Assembly (NCBI GenBank): GCA_028279365.1
Contig: JANQNX010000009.1
Coordinates: 22,036 to 86,035 of the forward strand
Origin: Gammaproteobacteria bacterium
Lineage (GTDB): Bacteria; Pseudomonadota; Gammaproteobacteria; Eutrophobiales; Eutrophobiaceae
Reading direction: 5' to 3'
DNA length: 64,000 nt
Each line of letters opens with the position of its first letter. The stretch's first letter is position 1. Both the position numbers and the translations under genes were made by a program. Shown piece by piece: positions 1 through 8,980 of this stretch. Below the pieces are notes generated by a model. It was not told where the DNA came from and ran no database searches. It saw nothing but the letters and a program-made list of their open reading frames with translations.

Positions 1-47
1 ATGGAACCGGTAAAATAAATAACGACTAAGAGGAAAAATAGAAACCT

Positions 48-515
48 ATGAGTAAAGTCAGTATTGGAAAAAAAGTGCCTGCTTTTTCTGCTATCGCTAC
101 CGGCGATAAGAAAGTCAAACTCTCAGACTTCAAAGGTAAAAACATCGTATTGTATTTCTACCCAAAGGACAGCACTCCAGGATGTACATTGGAAGGGCAA
201 GACTTTCGTGACAACATCAGAAAGTTCAGTGCAAGGAATACCACGATACTCGGTGTGTCCAGAGATAAATTAAGCTCACATGAAAAATTTAAAGAGAAAC
301 AAAAGTTTCCGTTTGACCTGTTATCCGATGAAGATGAAACACTCTGTGAGTTGTTTGATGTGATAAAAGAAAAAAACATGTACGGCAAAAAAGTTATGGG
401 CATTGAGCGGTCAACCTTCCTGATCGATGAAAAGGGAGTATTACGCAATGAATGGCGCAAGGTTAAAGTCAAGGGACATGTTGGAGAAGTACTGGAGGCA
501 GTCAAAGCACTTTAA
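48..515 (+). CDS. bcp: Thioredoxin-dependent peroxiredoxin (BCP/PrxQ family)
   Basis: VLYFYPKDSTPGCTLE peroxidatic motif; C-terminal GIERSTFLIDEKG. Confidence 0.95.
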   Translation: MSKVSIGKKVPAFSAIATGDKKVKLSDFKGKNIVLYFYPKDSTPGCTLEGQDFRDNIRKFSARNTTILGVSRDKLSSHEKFKEKQKFPFDLLSDEDETLCELFDVIKEKNMYGKKVMGIERSTFLIDEKGVLRNEWRKVKVKGHVGEVLEAVKAL

Positions 516-666
516 CTAATTGAACAGCAGCCTGATAGTTATCTGTCTTATACTCTCAATCTACACATCATTATTGATACACACATGGAGTTATCAATAC
601 ATCTACCATGTTACTCCACCCTCAATGTGCCAATGATTATTCTCAACTTCGGAATTCAACTTGATT

Positions 667-2076
667 ATGTCTGACTCTGAATCACCTCGTTTGTTTGTGC
701 TTGATACTAATGTACTGATGCATGACCCGGTCTCAATTTTTCGATTCCAGGAGCATGACGTTTTTATCCCCATGGTCGTATTAGAAGAACTGGACTCGGC
801 CAAAAAAGGGGTATCAGAAGTCGCGCGTAATGTACGTCAGGTAAGTCGATTCATGGATGAAATTATTAATGACGCAGAATCGGAAGACATTACCCAAGGG
901 ATGTTGCTGTCAAAAATCAAAGGCGTAAACGGACGCTCGGAACCCAGTGGCAGATTGTATCTGCAAACAGAAGTATTGCCCGATAACTTACCTGAGCACC
1001 TTCCGGGTAAACAAAATGCCGATAACTCAATCCTGGGTACTACCTTATCATTACAACAAAAACACCCGGACAAGATCGTCACACTGGTATCCAAGGATAT
1101 CAACCTGCGTATCAAGGCACGTGTTGTTGGCATCATCGCGGAGGATTACACCAGTGACAAAGTACTGGATGACGCTGATTTGTTACATACCGGCGTCGAT
1201 GCCCTGCCGGAAAATTTTTGGGAGAGTAAATCAGAAGCACTAACTTCATGGCAGGAAGACATGCGCACAATGTATGAAATTAGTGGGGTACCGTTAGAGG
1301 ATTGCTATCCTTATCAATGTTTATATACCAGCGACGATGCCGAATTTGAAGCATTGGTAAAACATACCAGTGAAGATAAAACCACGCTATTGCTGGCCAA
1401 CGATTACCGAAAAGATAATCAGGCAGTTTGGGGGGTCAATGCCAGAAACCGCGAACAGAATTTCGCTCTGAATCTGCTCATGGATCCCGACATTGATATG
1501 GTCACGATACTGGGTGCCGCTGGCACCGGCAAAACCCTGTTGGCATTAGCAGCGGGGCTGGCTCAGGTAATGGACAAAAAACTGTATCGCGAAATTATCA
1601 TCACCCGGGTTACGATCCCGGTCGGCGAAGACATCGGATTTTTACCGGGTACTGAAGAGGAAAAAATGGCGCCATGGATGGGTGCGTTGCTCGATAATCT
1701 GGAAGTGCTGACAAATGCCGATGACAGTGGTGAGTGGGAACGCGCAGCGACCAACGACCTACTGACCAAACGTATTAAGATTCGCTCTCTGAATTTCATG
1801 CGCGGCCGCACCTTTCTGAATCGCTACATCATTGTTGATGAAGCACAAAATCTGACTGCCAAGCAGATGAAGACCCTGGTGACGCGAGCCGGACCGGGCA
1901 GCAAGCTGATTGTGCTTGGCAATATATCCCAGATCGATACGCCTTATTTGACAGAAACGACATCCGGATTGACTTATGTGGTGGACAGATTCAAAAATTG
2001 GGAACATAGTGGACATATAACGCTAATGCGTGGAGAACGTTCCAGACTGGCTGATTATGCGAGTGATGTCCTGTAA
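667..2076 (+). CDS. PIN domain-PhoH family ATPase (PhoH2-like)
   Basis: N-terminal PIN motif FVLDTNVLMHD, VSKDINLRIKA, Walker A GAAGTGKT, GFLPG, RGRT, DEAQN; ATG at 667 preferred over TTG at 661. Confidence 0.92.
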   Translation: MSDSESPRLFVLDTNVLMHDPVSIFRFQEHDVFIPMVVLEELDSAKKGVSEVARNVRQVSRFMDEIINDAESEDITQGMLLSKIKGVNGRSEPSGRLYLQTEVLPDNLPEHLPGKQNADNSILGTTLSLQQKHPDKIVTLVSKDINLRIKARVVGIIAEDYTSDKVLDDADLLHTGVDALPENFWESKSEALTSWQEDMRTMYEISGVPLEDCYPYQCLYTSDDAEFEALVKHTSEDKTTLLLANDYRKDNQAVWGVNARNREQNFALNLLMDPDIDMVTILGAAGTGKTLLALAAGLAQVMDKKLYREIIITRVTIPVGEDIGFLPGTEEEKMAPWMGALLDNLEVLTNADDSGEWERAATNDLLTKRIKIRSLNFMRGRTFLNRYIIVDEAQNLTAKQMKTLVTRAGPGSKLIVLGNISQIDTPYLTETTSGLTYVVDRFKNWEHSGHITLMRGERSRLADYASDVL

Positions 2077-2135
2077 CTAGCTAAAGAAATCGCTTAACAG
2101 GCAGTTAATAATCAATAATAAGAGCGAGAGGGCGT

Positions 2136-2900
2136 ATGAAACAACCAAATAAAACGACCTGGCTAAACCTGCCGAGCCTGGGTCTCTCAATAAGAATGCT
2201 GTTCACCGGTTATCTATTGACTATCGGTTTTGGTTTGTTGATGGCCGGCGCGCAGATCTTGTTAACCCACGGCATGGCTGATGGCAAATTCGGCCTATCC
2301 ATCGACGACATTGTTTACAGCTATTACGGCAATCGTGGCAATAGCAAACTTGAGTCTAAATTAAACGGCTCTATGAAAGACAAGGCGCCGGAAGAGATTC
2401 GAACCAAATTGATTCAATGGGCCAGAGATGGCGCACCGGAAGATAGATGGCATCAGGAAATCGAAGCGGATGTAGTAACGTATTGTAGTGGCTGCCACGG
2501 TAATATCCCTGGGCTACCCGCCCTGGCAACCTATGAAGTCATGCAGGAAATTGCAGAAACCGATCATGGTGCTTCGATAGATTCATTAACACGTGTCTCA
2601 CATATCCACCTGTTTGGTATCGCCTTTATCTTTTTCCTGATGGGATTCGTATTCAGTTTTAGTGTTGGCATTCCCAAGTGGTTAAAGGAACTCGTTATCC
2701 TGACTCCGTTTGTGTTCCTGATACTGGATATTGTTTCCTGGTGGGCAACAAAATGGTACCCGAGCTTTGCCTGGTTCACGATGCTTGGAGGTGTCGGCTA
2801 CACATTGGCATCAACGTTCATGTGGTTTACCAGCATGTATCAAATGTGGGTCTTGCCTTATAACGGTAAGGACTATTGTGTGAATACCTGGGAAGATTAA
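2136..2900 (+). CDS. Uncharacterised membrane protein with a CxxCH motif (putative monoheme c-type cytochrome)
   Basis: One N-terminal TM segment, soluble loop with YCSGCHG, then SHIHLFG and three further TM segments; SD-like GAGAGG upstream. Confidence 0.7.
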   Translation: MKQPNKTTWLNLPSLGLSIRMLFTGYLLTIGFGLLMAGAQILLTHGMADGKFGLSIDDIVYSYYGNRGNSKLESKLNGSMKDKAPEEIRTKLIQWARDGAPEDRWHQEIEADVVTYCSGCHGNIPGLPALATYEVMQEIAETDHGASIDSLTRVSHIHLFGIAFIFFLMGFVFSFSVGIPKWLKELVILTPFVFLILDIVSWWATKWYPSFAWFTMLGGVGYTLASTFMWFTSMYQMWVLPYNGKDYCVNTWED

Positions 2901-2910
2901 ATTTACTTTA

Positions 2911-2945
2911 ACAACACCCTCAGTGGAAATCGTTGAGGGTGTTGT
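2911..2945. terminator. Inverted repeat, probable terminator
   Basis: Perfect 12-bp stem ACAACACCCTCA/TGAGGGTGTTGT just after the stop at 2900; only a weak U tail. Confidence 0.6.
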
Positions 2946-3004
2946 CTGTTAATCCTGCATAGCAAAAATTTTTAACCTGTCGTTGTTTACCTATTTTGTG
3001 AATC

Positions 3005-3754
3005 TTGAAACTGACCGACCAGCAGAATTATCTCAACGAACTTAAACTGGCAGCCGAGTTTCAGCAAGCCGTACTGCCTGATATTGTCGATGTAGACTAT
3101 CTCGATATCGCTATTCACTTTGATCCATTCAATACCGTCTCTGGTGACGTTTACGACTTTAAACTAAACCGGGAAAAAGAACTGGCGATCTTTGTGGGCG
3201 ATGCAACTGGGCATGGTATTTCATCAGCGTTAATGACCATGATGGTGCACATTGCGATTGATGGACTAACGCCTAATCTTTCAACCGATGAATCGATACG
3301 AAAACTAAACCAGATGATTGCATCAAGACAAACCGGACGTTTTGTAACAGGTGTTTTTTTTCGTATTAGTCCAACGGGTTTATTAAGTGTCACACATGCC
3401 GGCCATCCTTCGATTCTGATTGTGGATTCAGCAACGAATAACATCACTCAGTTTGCTGAAGCAGGCTGTCCATTAGGCATGTTTGAAGAAGAACCGTTAA
3501 GTTATCAGCATGAAACTTATCAACTCCGTCATGGTGATAAGATCATTGCCTATACGGATGGCCTAACCGAATGGAAAGATGATAATAATCAGGCTTACTC
3601 GCTTGACCGGCTAACAGACTGTATCAGTCGACATGCTAATACAAACTGTCAGGGCTTAATCGACCGCATACTTGATGATGTGATTCACTTTAGTCAGGGT
3701 ACAGAAAAGATCGACGATATGACCCTACTTACCGCAATGTTTAATGTACGCTGA
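3005..3754 (+). CDS. SpoIIE/RsbU-type PP2C Ser/Thr phosphatase, no sensor domain
   Basis: VSGDVYD, VGDATGHG, AGHP, YTDGLTE and DDMTLL motifs; TTG start. Confidence 0.88.
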   Translation: MKLTDQQNYLNELKLAAEFQQAVLPDIVDVDYLDIAIHFDPFNTVSGDVYDFKLNREKELAIFVGDATGHGISSALMTMMVHIAIDGLTPNLSTDESIRKLNQMIASRQTGRFVTGVFFRISPTGLLSVTHAGHPSILIVDSATNNITQFAEAGCPLGMFEEEPLSYQHETYQLRHGDKIIAYTDGLTEWKDDNNQAYSLDRLTDCISRHANTNCQGLIDRILDDVIHFSQGTEKIDDMTLLTAMFNVR

Positions 3755-3810
3755 ATATAATGAAGTCATCCACAGCGATATTGACCCTGCTTATACATTA
3801 ACACTGTGCG

Positions 3811-4887
3811 CTATGTTTCTCCGGTTTCAATAGCATGCTCTTCCTGAGTCGGCCAGACATTAATCAATGCCTTGACTAAGGTCGCCAGAGGGATAGCAAA
3901 AAATACACCCCAGAAACCCCATAGCCCGCCAAATACCAGGATCGCGGCAATAATAGCAACCGGGTGCAGATTAACAGCCTCTGAAAATAAAATGGGGACC
4001 AGCACGTTACCATCAAGAAACTGTAATACCAGATAGCTGACCATCAGCCAGACAAAGTCACCAGTAAAGCCCCATTGAAAATATCCGACTAACGCAACAG
4101 GTAATGTGACAACAGCAGCACCTATATATGGAATCAACACTGACAAGCCGACTACCAATGCCAGCAACGGGGCATAGTTTAGGTTCAGGACAATAAAGAG
4201 GATATAGGATACAGCACCGACAATAATGATTTCATTCACCTTACCACGCACATAGTTGCCCATCTGCGCATCCATTTCACTCCAGACCTCGTTAACAAGT
4301 TGCCTGTCTTTAGGAAGAAAACGACCGATCCACTCAATCATCATTACCTTATCTTTAAGAAAAAAGAAGATCATCAACGGCACTAATACCACATACACCA
4401 ACACGGTAATAATGGCCGGGATTGATCCAAGAGAAAAAGACAATACATTGCGGCCGAAACCACTCACGCCCTCCCGGGTGGTTGCGATAATTTGCCTGAT
4501 ATATTCTTCAGAAAATATTTCAGGATACTTTTCAGCCAGCTGCAACAACAAGCCTTTACCATTGTTGATCATATCCGGCAGTTCCTGAAAAAACTCGCTG
4601 ACCTGTTTTGAAATGAGCGGAAGAAGCCCGAACAATAAATACAGCATGACAGTAATAAACAGGATAAAAACAATATTTACCGCCAGTAGACGTGGTACCT
4701 TTCTTTTTTCCAACTTCGACACCAGCCCTTCCAGTAAATAGGCGATAATTAATGCCGCCAGTAATGGCGCCAACATCTTACCCATGGTCAACAACACCAC
4801 GCTGCTGAGCACAAGTAATACGACTAATAACGCAGCCTGCGGATCAGTAAAGTAACGTCGGTACCAGGAACGGATAAAATCAAACAT
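3811..4887 (-). CDS. AI-2E family transporter (PerM-like)
   Basis: Polytopic membrane protein with IPYIGA, QFLDGNVLVPILFSEAVNLHP and GFWGVFFAIPLA. Confidence 0.92.
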   Translation of the reverse strand: MFDFIRSWYRRYFTDPQAALLVVLLVLSSVVLLTMGKMLAPLLAALIIAYLLEGLVSKLEKRKVPRLLAVNIVFILFITVMLYLLFGLLPLISKQVSEFFQELPDMINNGKGLLLQLAEKYPEIFSEEYIRQIIATTREGVSGFGRNVLSFSLGSIPAIITVLVYVVLVPLMIFFFLKDKVMMIEWIGRFLPKDRQLVNEVWSEMDAQMGNYVRGKVNEIIIVGAVSYILFIVLNLNYAPLLALVVGLSVLIPYIGAAVVTLPVALVGYFQWGFTGDFVWLMVSYLVLQFLDGNVLVPILFSEAVNLHPVAIIAAILVFGGLWGFWGVFFAIPLATLVKALINVWPTQEEHAIETGET

Positions 4888-4973
4888 AGGATAAGCAACT
4901 GTTTTTTATTAAATCATAGCGATATATTGTATAAACCGCGAGAGCAAGACGCCGCCATTCACATATGCAAGAT

Positions 4974-4999
4974 AAAAAAAAGGCGCCTGATGGCGCCTT
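4974..4999 (-). terminator. Rho-independent terminator on the minus strand
   Basis: GGCGCC-TGAT-GGCGCC hairpin with A8 at 4974-4981 (U8 on the minus strand). Confidence 0.8.
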
Positions 5000-5056
5000 A
5001 AGGTTAAGAGCAGAGGATAGTCGAAGGGTCATTGAACAATAAGACTATCAGTCATC
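4974..5056 (-). ncRNA. Candidate sigma54-dependent small RNA (~80 nt)
   Basis: Lies between a -24/-12 promoter and an intrinsic terminator; 5' stem GATAGTC/GACTATC; no credible ORF. Confidence 0.6.
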
Positions 5057-5064
5057 TGTTATAT

Positions 5065-5181
5065 AGCATGTGCTATGCCAACTAATAATTAATTTATTAT
5101 TCAATAAGTTACAGATTTTTAAAGCCAATAATGATAACGAAATTGCACCAAGATAATGAAACCGGGCACAGTCAGGGTGCA
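5065..5181 (-). promoter_or_regulatory. sigma54 promoter with an IHF site and two NtrC-like enhancer sites
   Basis: Minus strand TGGCATAGCACATGCT (GG-N10-GC, 5080-5065); IHF-like ATTCAATAAGTTA at 5099-5111; TGCACC-N5-GGTGCA-like sites at 5144-5160 and 5165-5181. Confidence 0.7.
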
Positions 5182-5214
5182 AACAATAGTTATTAATATT
5201 TCTCCTGGCATTTT

Positions 5215-6297
5215 ATGCAAATGACTTACTCTAACAACAGTTCAACACTCGGCAGCGAGCAGATAAAGGCATGGGGCAAGAAACTCGGCTTCCAACAAAT
5301 CGGGATTACCGGCGTTGATTTATCCAACGACGAGGCACATTTAACTAATTGGTTAGCGAAAAAATTTCATGGCGAAATGAAATACATGGAAGTACATGGC
5401 AGCAAACGCAGCCGTCCAGCTGAACTCCTGCCGGGCACGGTTAGCGTGATTTCAGCACGTATGGATTATATGCCACCGTCGAGTCAGCATCCCTCGCAAG
5501 TCCTGGGCAATGATTCGCTCGCCTATGTTTCCCGTTATGCACTTGGTCGTGATTATCACAAGCTAATACGCAAACGCTTACAGCAATTAGCAAATAAAAT
5601 TGAGTCTTGCTCTGGTGATGTTGCTTATCGTTGCTTTGTCGATAGTGCCCCGGTGCTGGAAAAAGCACTGGCACGTAATGCCGGTCTTGGCTGGATAGGC
5701 AAACACAGCAATCTGATTAACCCTAAAGCCGGTTCCTGGTTTTTTCTTGGTGAGATTTATACCAACCTGCCATTAGTACACGATACACCTTTTACATCAG
5801 AACACTGCGGCAACTGTGTAGCTTGTATTGATATTTGTCCGACCCGTGCAATTGTCGGTAATAAACAGGTCGATGCCAGACGCTGTATTTCTTATTTAAC
5901 CATCGAACTGCGTGGCAGCATCCCGATAGAGTTTCGCAAGATGATTGGTAATCGCGTTTATGGCTGTGATGACTGTCAGTTAGTCTGTCCCTGGAATAAA
6001 TTTTCAAAACAATCCGAGGAAGATGACTTTCGCGTGAGAAACGGCCTGGATACACCCAGCCTAATCGAATTATTTATGTGGTCGGAAAGCGAGTTTCTGG
6101 AACGAACAGTGGGCTCAGCTATCAGGCGCATCGGTTATGAATGCTGGTTAAGAAATATCGCCGTCGGTTTAGGTAATGCGACAACAACCCCGTCTGTGAT
6201 TGAGGTTTTATGGTCAAAACGGGACCATGAATCAGAATTAGTAAGAGAACATGTGCAGTGGGCACTCGATCAACATGCCTCTAGTCATGATATGTAA
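5215..6297 (+). CDS. queG: tRNA epoxyqueuosine(34) reductase
   Basis: SRYALGRDYH, VDSAPVLEK, CGNCVACIDICPT, CISYLTIE and YGCDDCQLVCPWN Fe-S motifs. Confidence 0.96.
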   Translation: MQMTYSNNSSTLGSEQIKAWGKKLGFQQIGITGVDLSNDEAHLTNWLAKKFHGEMKYMEVHGSKRSRPAELLPGTVSVISARMDYMPPSSQHPSQVLGNDSLAYVSRYALGRDYHKLIRKRLQQLANKIESCSGDVAYRCFVDSAPVLEKALARNAGLGWIGKHSNLINPKAGSWFFLGEIYTNLPLVHDTPFTSEHCGNCVACIDICPTRAIVGNKQVDARRCISYLTIELRGSIPIEFRKMIGNRVYGCDDCQLVCPWNKFSKQSEEDDFRVRNGLDTPSLIELFMWSESEFLERTVGSAIRRIGYECWLRNIAVGLGNATTTPSVIEVLWSKRDHESELVREHVQWALDQHASSHDM

Positions 6298-6391
6298 AAT
6301 AAAAGGAATTTTTCCTATTGACTTTTCTTGTTTTAAAAAAATAAGAAAAAGATTATAATTTGTATGTGTTATGGATTTACATGTTTACATT

Positions 6392-6410
6392 AATATTGCA
6401 TTGCAATATT
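6392..6410. promoter_or_regulatory. Perfect 9-1-9 palindrome, putative operator upstream of the PepSY gene
   Basis: AATATTGCA-T-TGCAATATT. Confidence 0.45.
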
Positions 6411-6463
6411 TATTGTTTTAACGTGTTCTTGTAGGAAATAATTCTTATTTAGGAGTATTTGAT

Positions 6464-7021
6464 ATGTATATAAAAAAAATCACTGCGTTGATTGCTGCGA
6501 CCTCCATACTTTCTTGCGTCAATCTTCAAGCTGAAGGGCACGGAGATAACTACGATCTCGATGATATCCGTGATTGGGATATTGTCAGTATTGAAACATG
6601 TTTAGACGCGGCGACCGACACCATTCCCGGCCATGCACATAAGGTCGAAATGAAAATGGAAGGTGACGATCCGGTTTATGAATTCGACATCCATACCGAT
6701 TCCGGTAAGCGATTCAATGTTGAATGTAATGCTGAAGAAGGTTTTGTTACCGAGATTGAACAAGAAGTTGATGCAGACAACCCCTATTTCAAAAAGATGG
6801 CGAAGATAAGCCAGAAGGAAGCGAAGAAAACGGCGTTAACCATCCACCCGGGTGAAGTCATGGCATCAGAACTCGAAATCGGTTTCGACGGTTCGGTAAC
6901 CTATGAATTTGATATTCGCTCAGACCTTGGCTACGAAATAAAAGTCGATGTCGATGCGGTAACCGGCATGATTGAAGAAGCCAATATTGAGCTGTATGAA
7001 ATTGGCAATGAAAAAGAATAA
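6464..7021 (+). CDS. Secreted acidic protein with two PepSY domains
   Basis: Signal peptide; two repeats of PG...E.E....YEFDI......V..D/NA..G; AGGAG SD. Confidence 0.8.
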   Translation: MYIKKITALIAATSILSCVNLQAEGHGDNYDLDDIRDWDIVSIETCLDAATDTIPGHAHKVEMKMEGDDPVYEFDIHTDSGKRFNVECNAEEGFVTEIEQEVDADNPYFKKMAKISQKEAKKTALTIHPGEVMASELEIGFDGSVTYEFDIRSDLGYEIKVDVDAVTGMIEEANIELYEIGNEKE

Positions 7022-7042
7022 AGATTAATTTCTTTACTCAAT

Positions 7043-7070
7043 AAAAAAGCCGGAGTGAGTCCGGTTTTTT
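7043..7070. terminator. Bidirectional terminator between convergent genes
   Basis: AAAAAAGCCGGA-GTGAG-TCCGGTTTTTT. Confidence 0.85.
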
Positions 7071-7091
7071 ATTTGCGCATCGTTCCCGTAA

Positions 7092-7544
7092 TCATTCAGA
7101 AAACAGAGTTTCTCCCTCGACATAAAAGACTGTACCTTCCACACTCAATACACGAACTTTCATCCCGGCCGGCATATCCACGCCTTTGACTTTCCAGCTT
7201 GAGTCATCGACTTTGACTTTGCCTATGCCATTTACAATAGCTTCATCCAGGGTAAAAACCCTTCCCACATACTGCTCGCCACGACGATTAAGCTTGGGTT
7301 GATCCTTTATGATCGGGTTAGCTTTTTTATAGCGCTTGTAAATAATCAGGCTCACCATAGATAACACACCAAAGATAACAACCTGAACTAACAATGGCAT
7401 AGCGGGAATAAGGTAAAGCAAAAGCCCGACTATGAATGCAGATATGCCCATCCATAAAAAATAAGCGGCCGGTAAAAGCATCTCCAGGATAATCATTAAC
7501 ACACCGGCAATTAGCCAGTACCAAAATTCGACTTGTTCAAACAT
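7092..7544 (-). CDS. NfeD family membrane protein (YbbJ-like)
   Basis: Three TM segments, LNRRGEQYVGR and a C-terminal OB-fold with GKVKVDDSSWKV; next to an SPFH gene. Confidence 0.9.
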   Translation of the reverse strand: MFEQVEFWYWLIAGVLMIILEMLLPAAYFLWMGISAFIVGLLLYLIPAMPLLVQVVIFGVLSMVSLIIYKRYKKANPIIKDQPKLNRRGEQYVGRVFTLDEAIVNGIGKVKVDDSSWKVKGVDMPAGMKVRVLSVEGTVFYVEGETLFSE

Positions 7545-7564
7545 TCGGTTGCTATCCTCCCCTT

Positions 7565-8497
7565 TTAATTATTCCCGCCTGTCTCTTTTGAAAACGCTTC
7601 TTTGGCGATTTCGGTAATCCCACCCAGAGCACCAATGACATTGCTCGCCTCCAACGGCATCAATATGACTTTTTGATTGGGTGCTGTAGCCACTTCTTTT
7701 AAGGCTTCCACATATTTGTTAGCCACAAAATAATTAACCGCCTGAATATCACCCGATGCAATAGCCGACGATACATCGGTAGTCGCTTTGGCTTCGGCCT
7801 GAGCCAGTCGTTCACGTGCCTCTGCCTCACGATAAGCCGCTTCTTTCTGGCCCTCGGCTTCCAGAATGGCCGCCTGTTTTTCACCATCAGCCTGTAATAT
7901 CGCTGCCTGCTTTTCGCCCTCGGCAACTAAAATTGCCGCACGTTTATCGCGCTCTGCTTTCATCTGTCTTGCCATGGAATCAACCAGGTCTTTTGGTGGT
8001 GAGATATCCTTTATTTCAATACGCGTGACCTTAACACCCCAGGGACCGGTTGCCTCATCAACCACATGTAATAGCTGTGCATTGATAGTATCGCGTTGTG
8101 ACAGCAATTCATCCAGATCCATGGACCCCATCACCGTACGAATGTTAGTCATGGTCAGGTTTAAAATTGCCCGCGTGAGATTATTCACTTCATAGGCGGC
8201 CTGTGCGGCATTTAATACCTGAAAAAATACCACGCCATCAACCCTGACCATGGCATTATCTTTGGTAATGACTTCCTGCGATGGCACATCAATCACTGTC
8301 TCCATCATATTCATCTTGGCACCGATACGATCCAGAAATGGGATGATCATGTGCAAGCCGGGTGATAGTGTCCGGGTATATTCGCCAAATCTTTCTACTG
8401 TATATTCAAAGCCCTGCCTGACCATGGTCACCGACTTGATAATCAGAACGATGGAAAATATCGCCACAATAAGAATAAAAACAGCCAATCCGTCCAT
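7565..8497 (-). CDS. qmcA: SPFH/band 7 domain protein (QmcA-like)
   Basis: VERFG, QEVITKDNAMV, WGVKVTRIEIKDI, SMARQMKAER; ATG at 8497 with GGAG SD. Confidence 0.9.
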   Translation of the reverse strand: MDGLAVFILIVAIFSIVLIIKSVTMVRQGFEYTVERFGEYTRTLSPGLHMIIPFLDRIGAKMNMMETVIDVPSQEVITKDNAMVRVDGVVFFQVLNAAQAAYEVNNLTRAILNLTMTNIRTVMGSMDLDELLSQRDTINAQLLHVVDEATGPWGVKVTRIEIKDISPPKDLVDSMARQMKAERDKRAAILVAEGEKQAAILQADGEKQAAILEAEGQKEAAYREAEARERLAQAEAKATTDVSSAIASGDIQAVNYFVANKYVEALKEVATAPNQKVILMPLEASNVIGALGGITEIAKEAFSKETGGNN

Positions 8498-8535
8498 CAG
8501 TATTACTCCCAATTAGTATGAGTTAAGCATAGCTG

Positions 8536-8904
8536 CTATTTGATTAATCGCAGTATATAAGGATAACGATAATTCACACCCTCGTTCGCCTTGATTGAAG
8601 CAAGAACAATCGCAATGATCTGATAGATAGCAACTAACGCAAATAGGAAAAAACCGATAATGGCAAGCGTCAATATTGCGCAAACAATAAATGCAAGCAA
8701 TACAGTAATTTGAAAATTGATGGATTCCTTACCTTGGTCGTCTACAAACGGCATCTCGTCTTTTTTAAGTATCCAAATCACTAATGGACCTAATATATTA
8801 CCTAAGGGAAAGACATAACCGATTAACGCTGAAACATGGCACAACGCACCCCAGTTCCGTTGCTCTTTATCAGGTATTCCCACAATATCTTTTTCTTCGG
8901 ACAT
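8536..8904 (-). CDS. DUF4870 family membrane protein
   Basis: WGALCH, GPLVIWILKKD, FVDDQGKESINFQIT, YRYP. Confidence 0.85.
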   Translation of the reverse strand: MSEEKDIVGIPDKEQRNWGALCHVSALIGYVFPLGNILGPLVIWILKKDEMPFVDDQGKESINFQITVLLAFIVCAILTLAIIGFFLFALVAIYQIIAIVLASIKANEGVNYRYPYILRLIK

Positions 8905-8980
8905 GGTTTCTAAACCGATTCAAGTTAATCGACACCCTGACTCAACCGTCATATTACGCAGACAGTATAAAATATAAAGG

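Noticed and set aside
516-674. Short ORFs, a TATTGATA/TATCAATA hairpin and a weak Fur-like sequence upstream of PIN-PhoH
   Set aside because: The ORFs have no recognisable content or convincing SD spacing, and the Fur match is only ~13/19 in AT-rich DNA
5029-5055. Eight-codon ORF MTDSLIVQ at the 5' end of the sigma54 RNA, and a UGACCCUU string reminiscent of Vibrio Qrr sRNAs
   Set aside because: The ORF would be leaderless and lies within a stem; the Qrr similarity is 8-9 nt and lacks the conserved Qrr core
5205-5220. TGGCATTTTATGC as a plus-strand sigma54 promoter for queG
   Set aside because: Spacing is GG-N8-GC, not the obligatory N10
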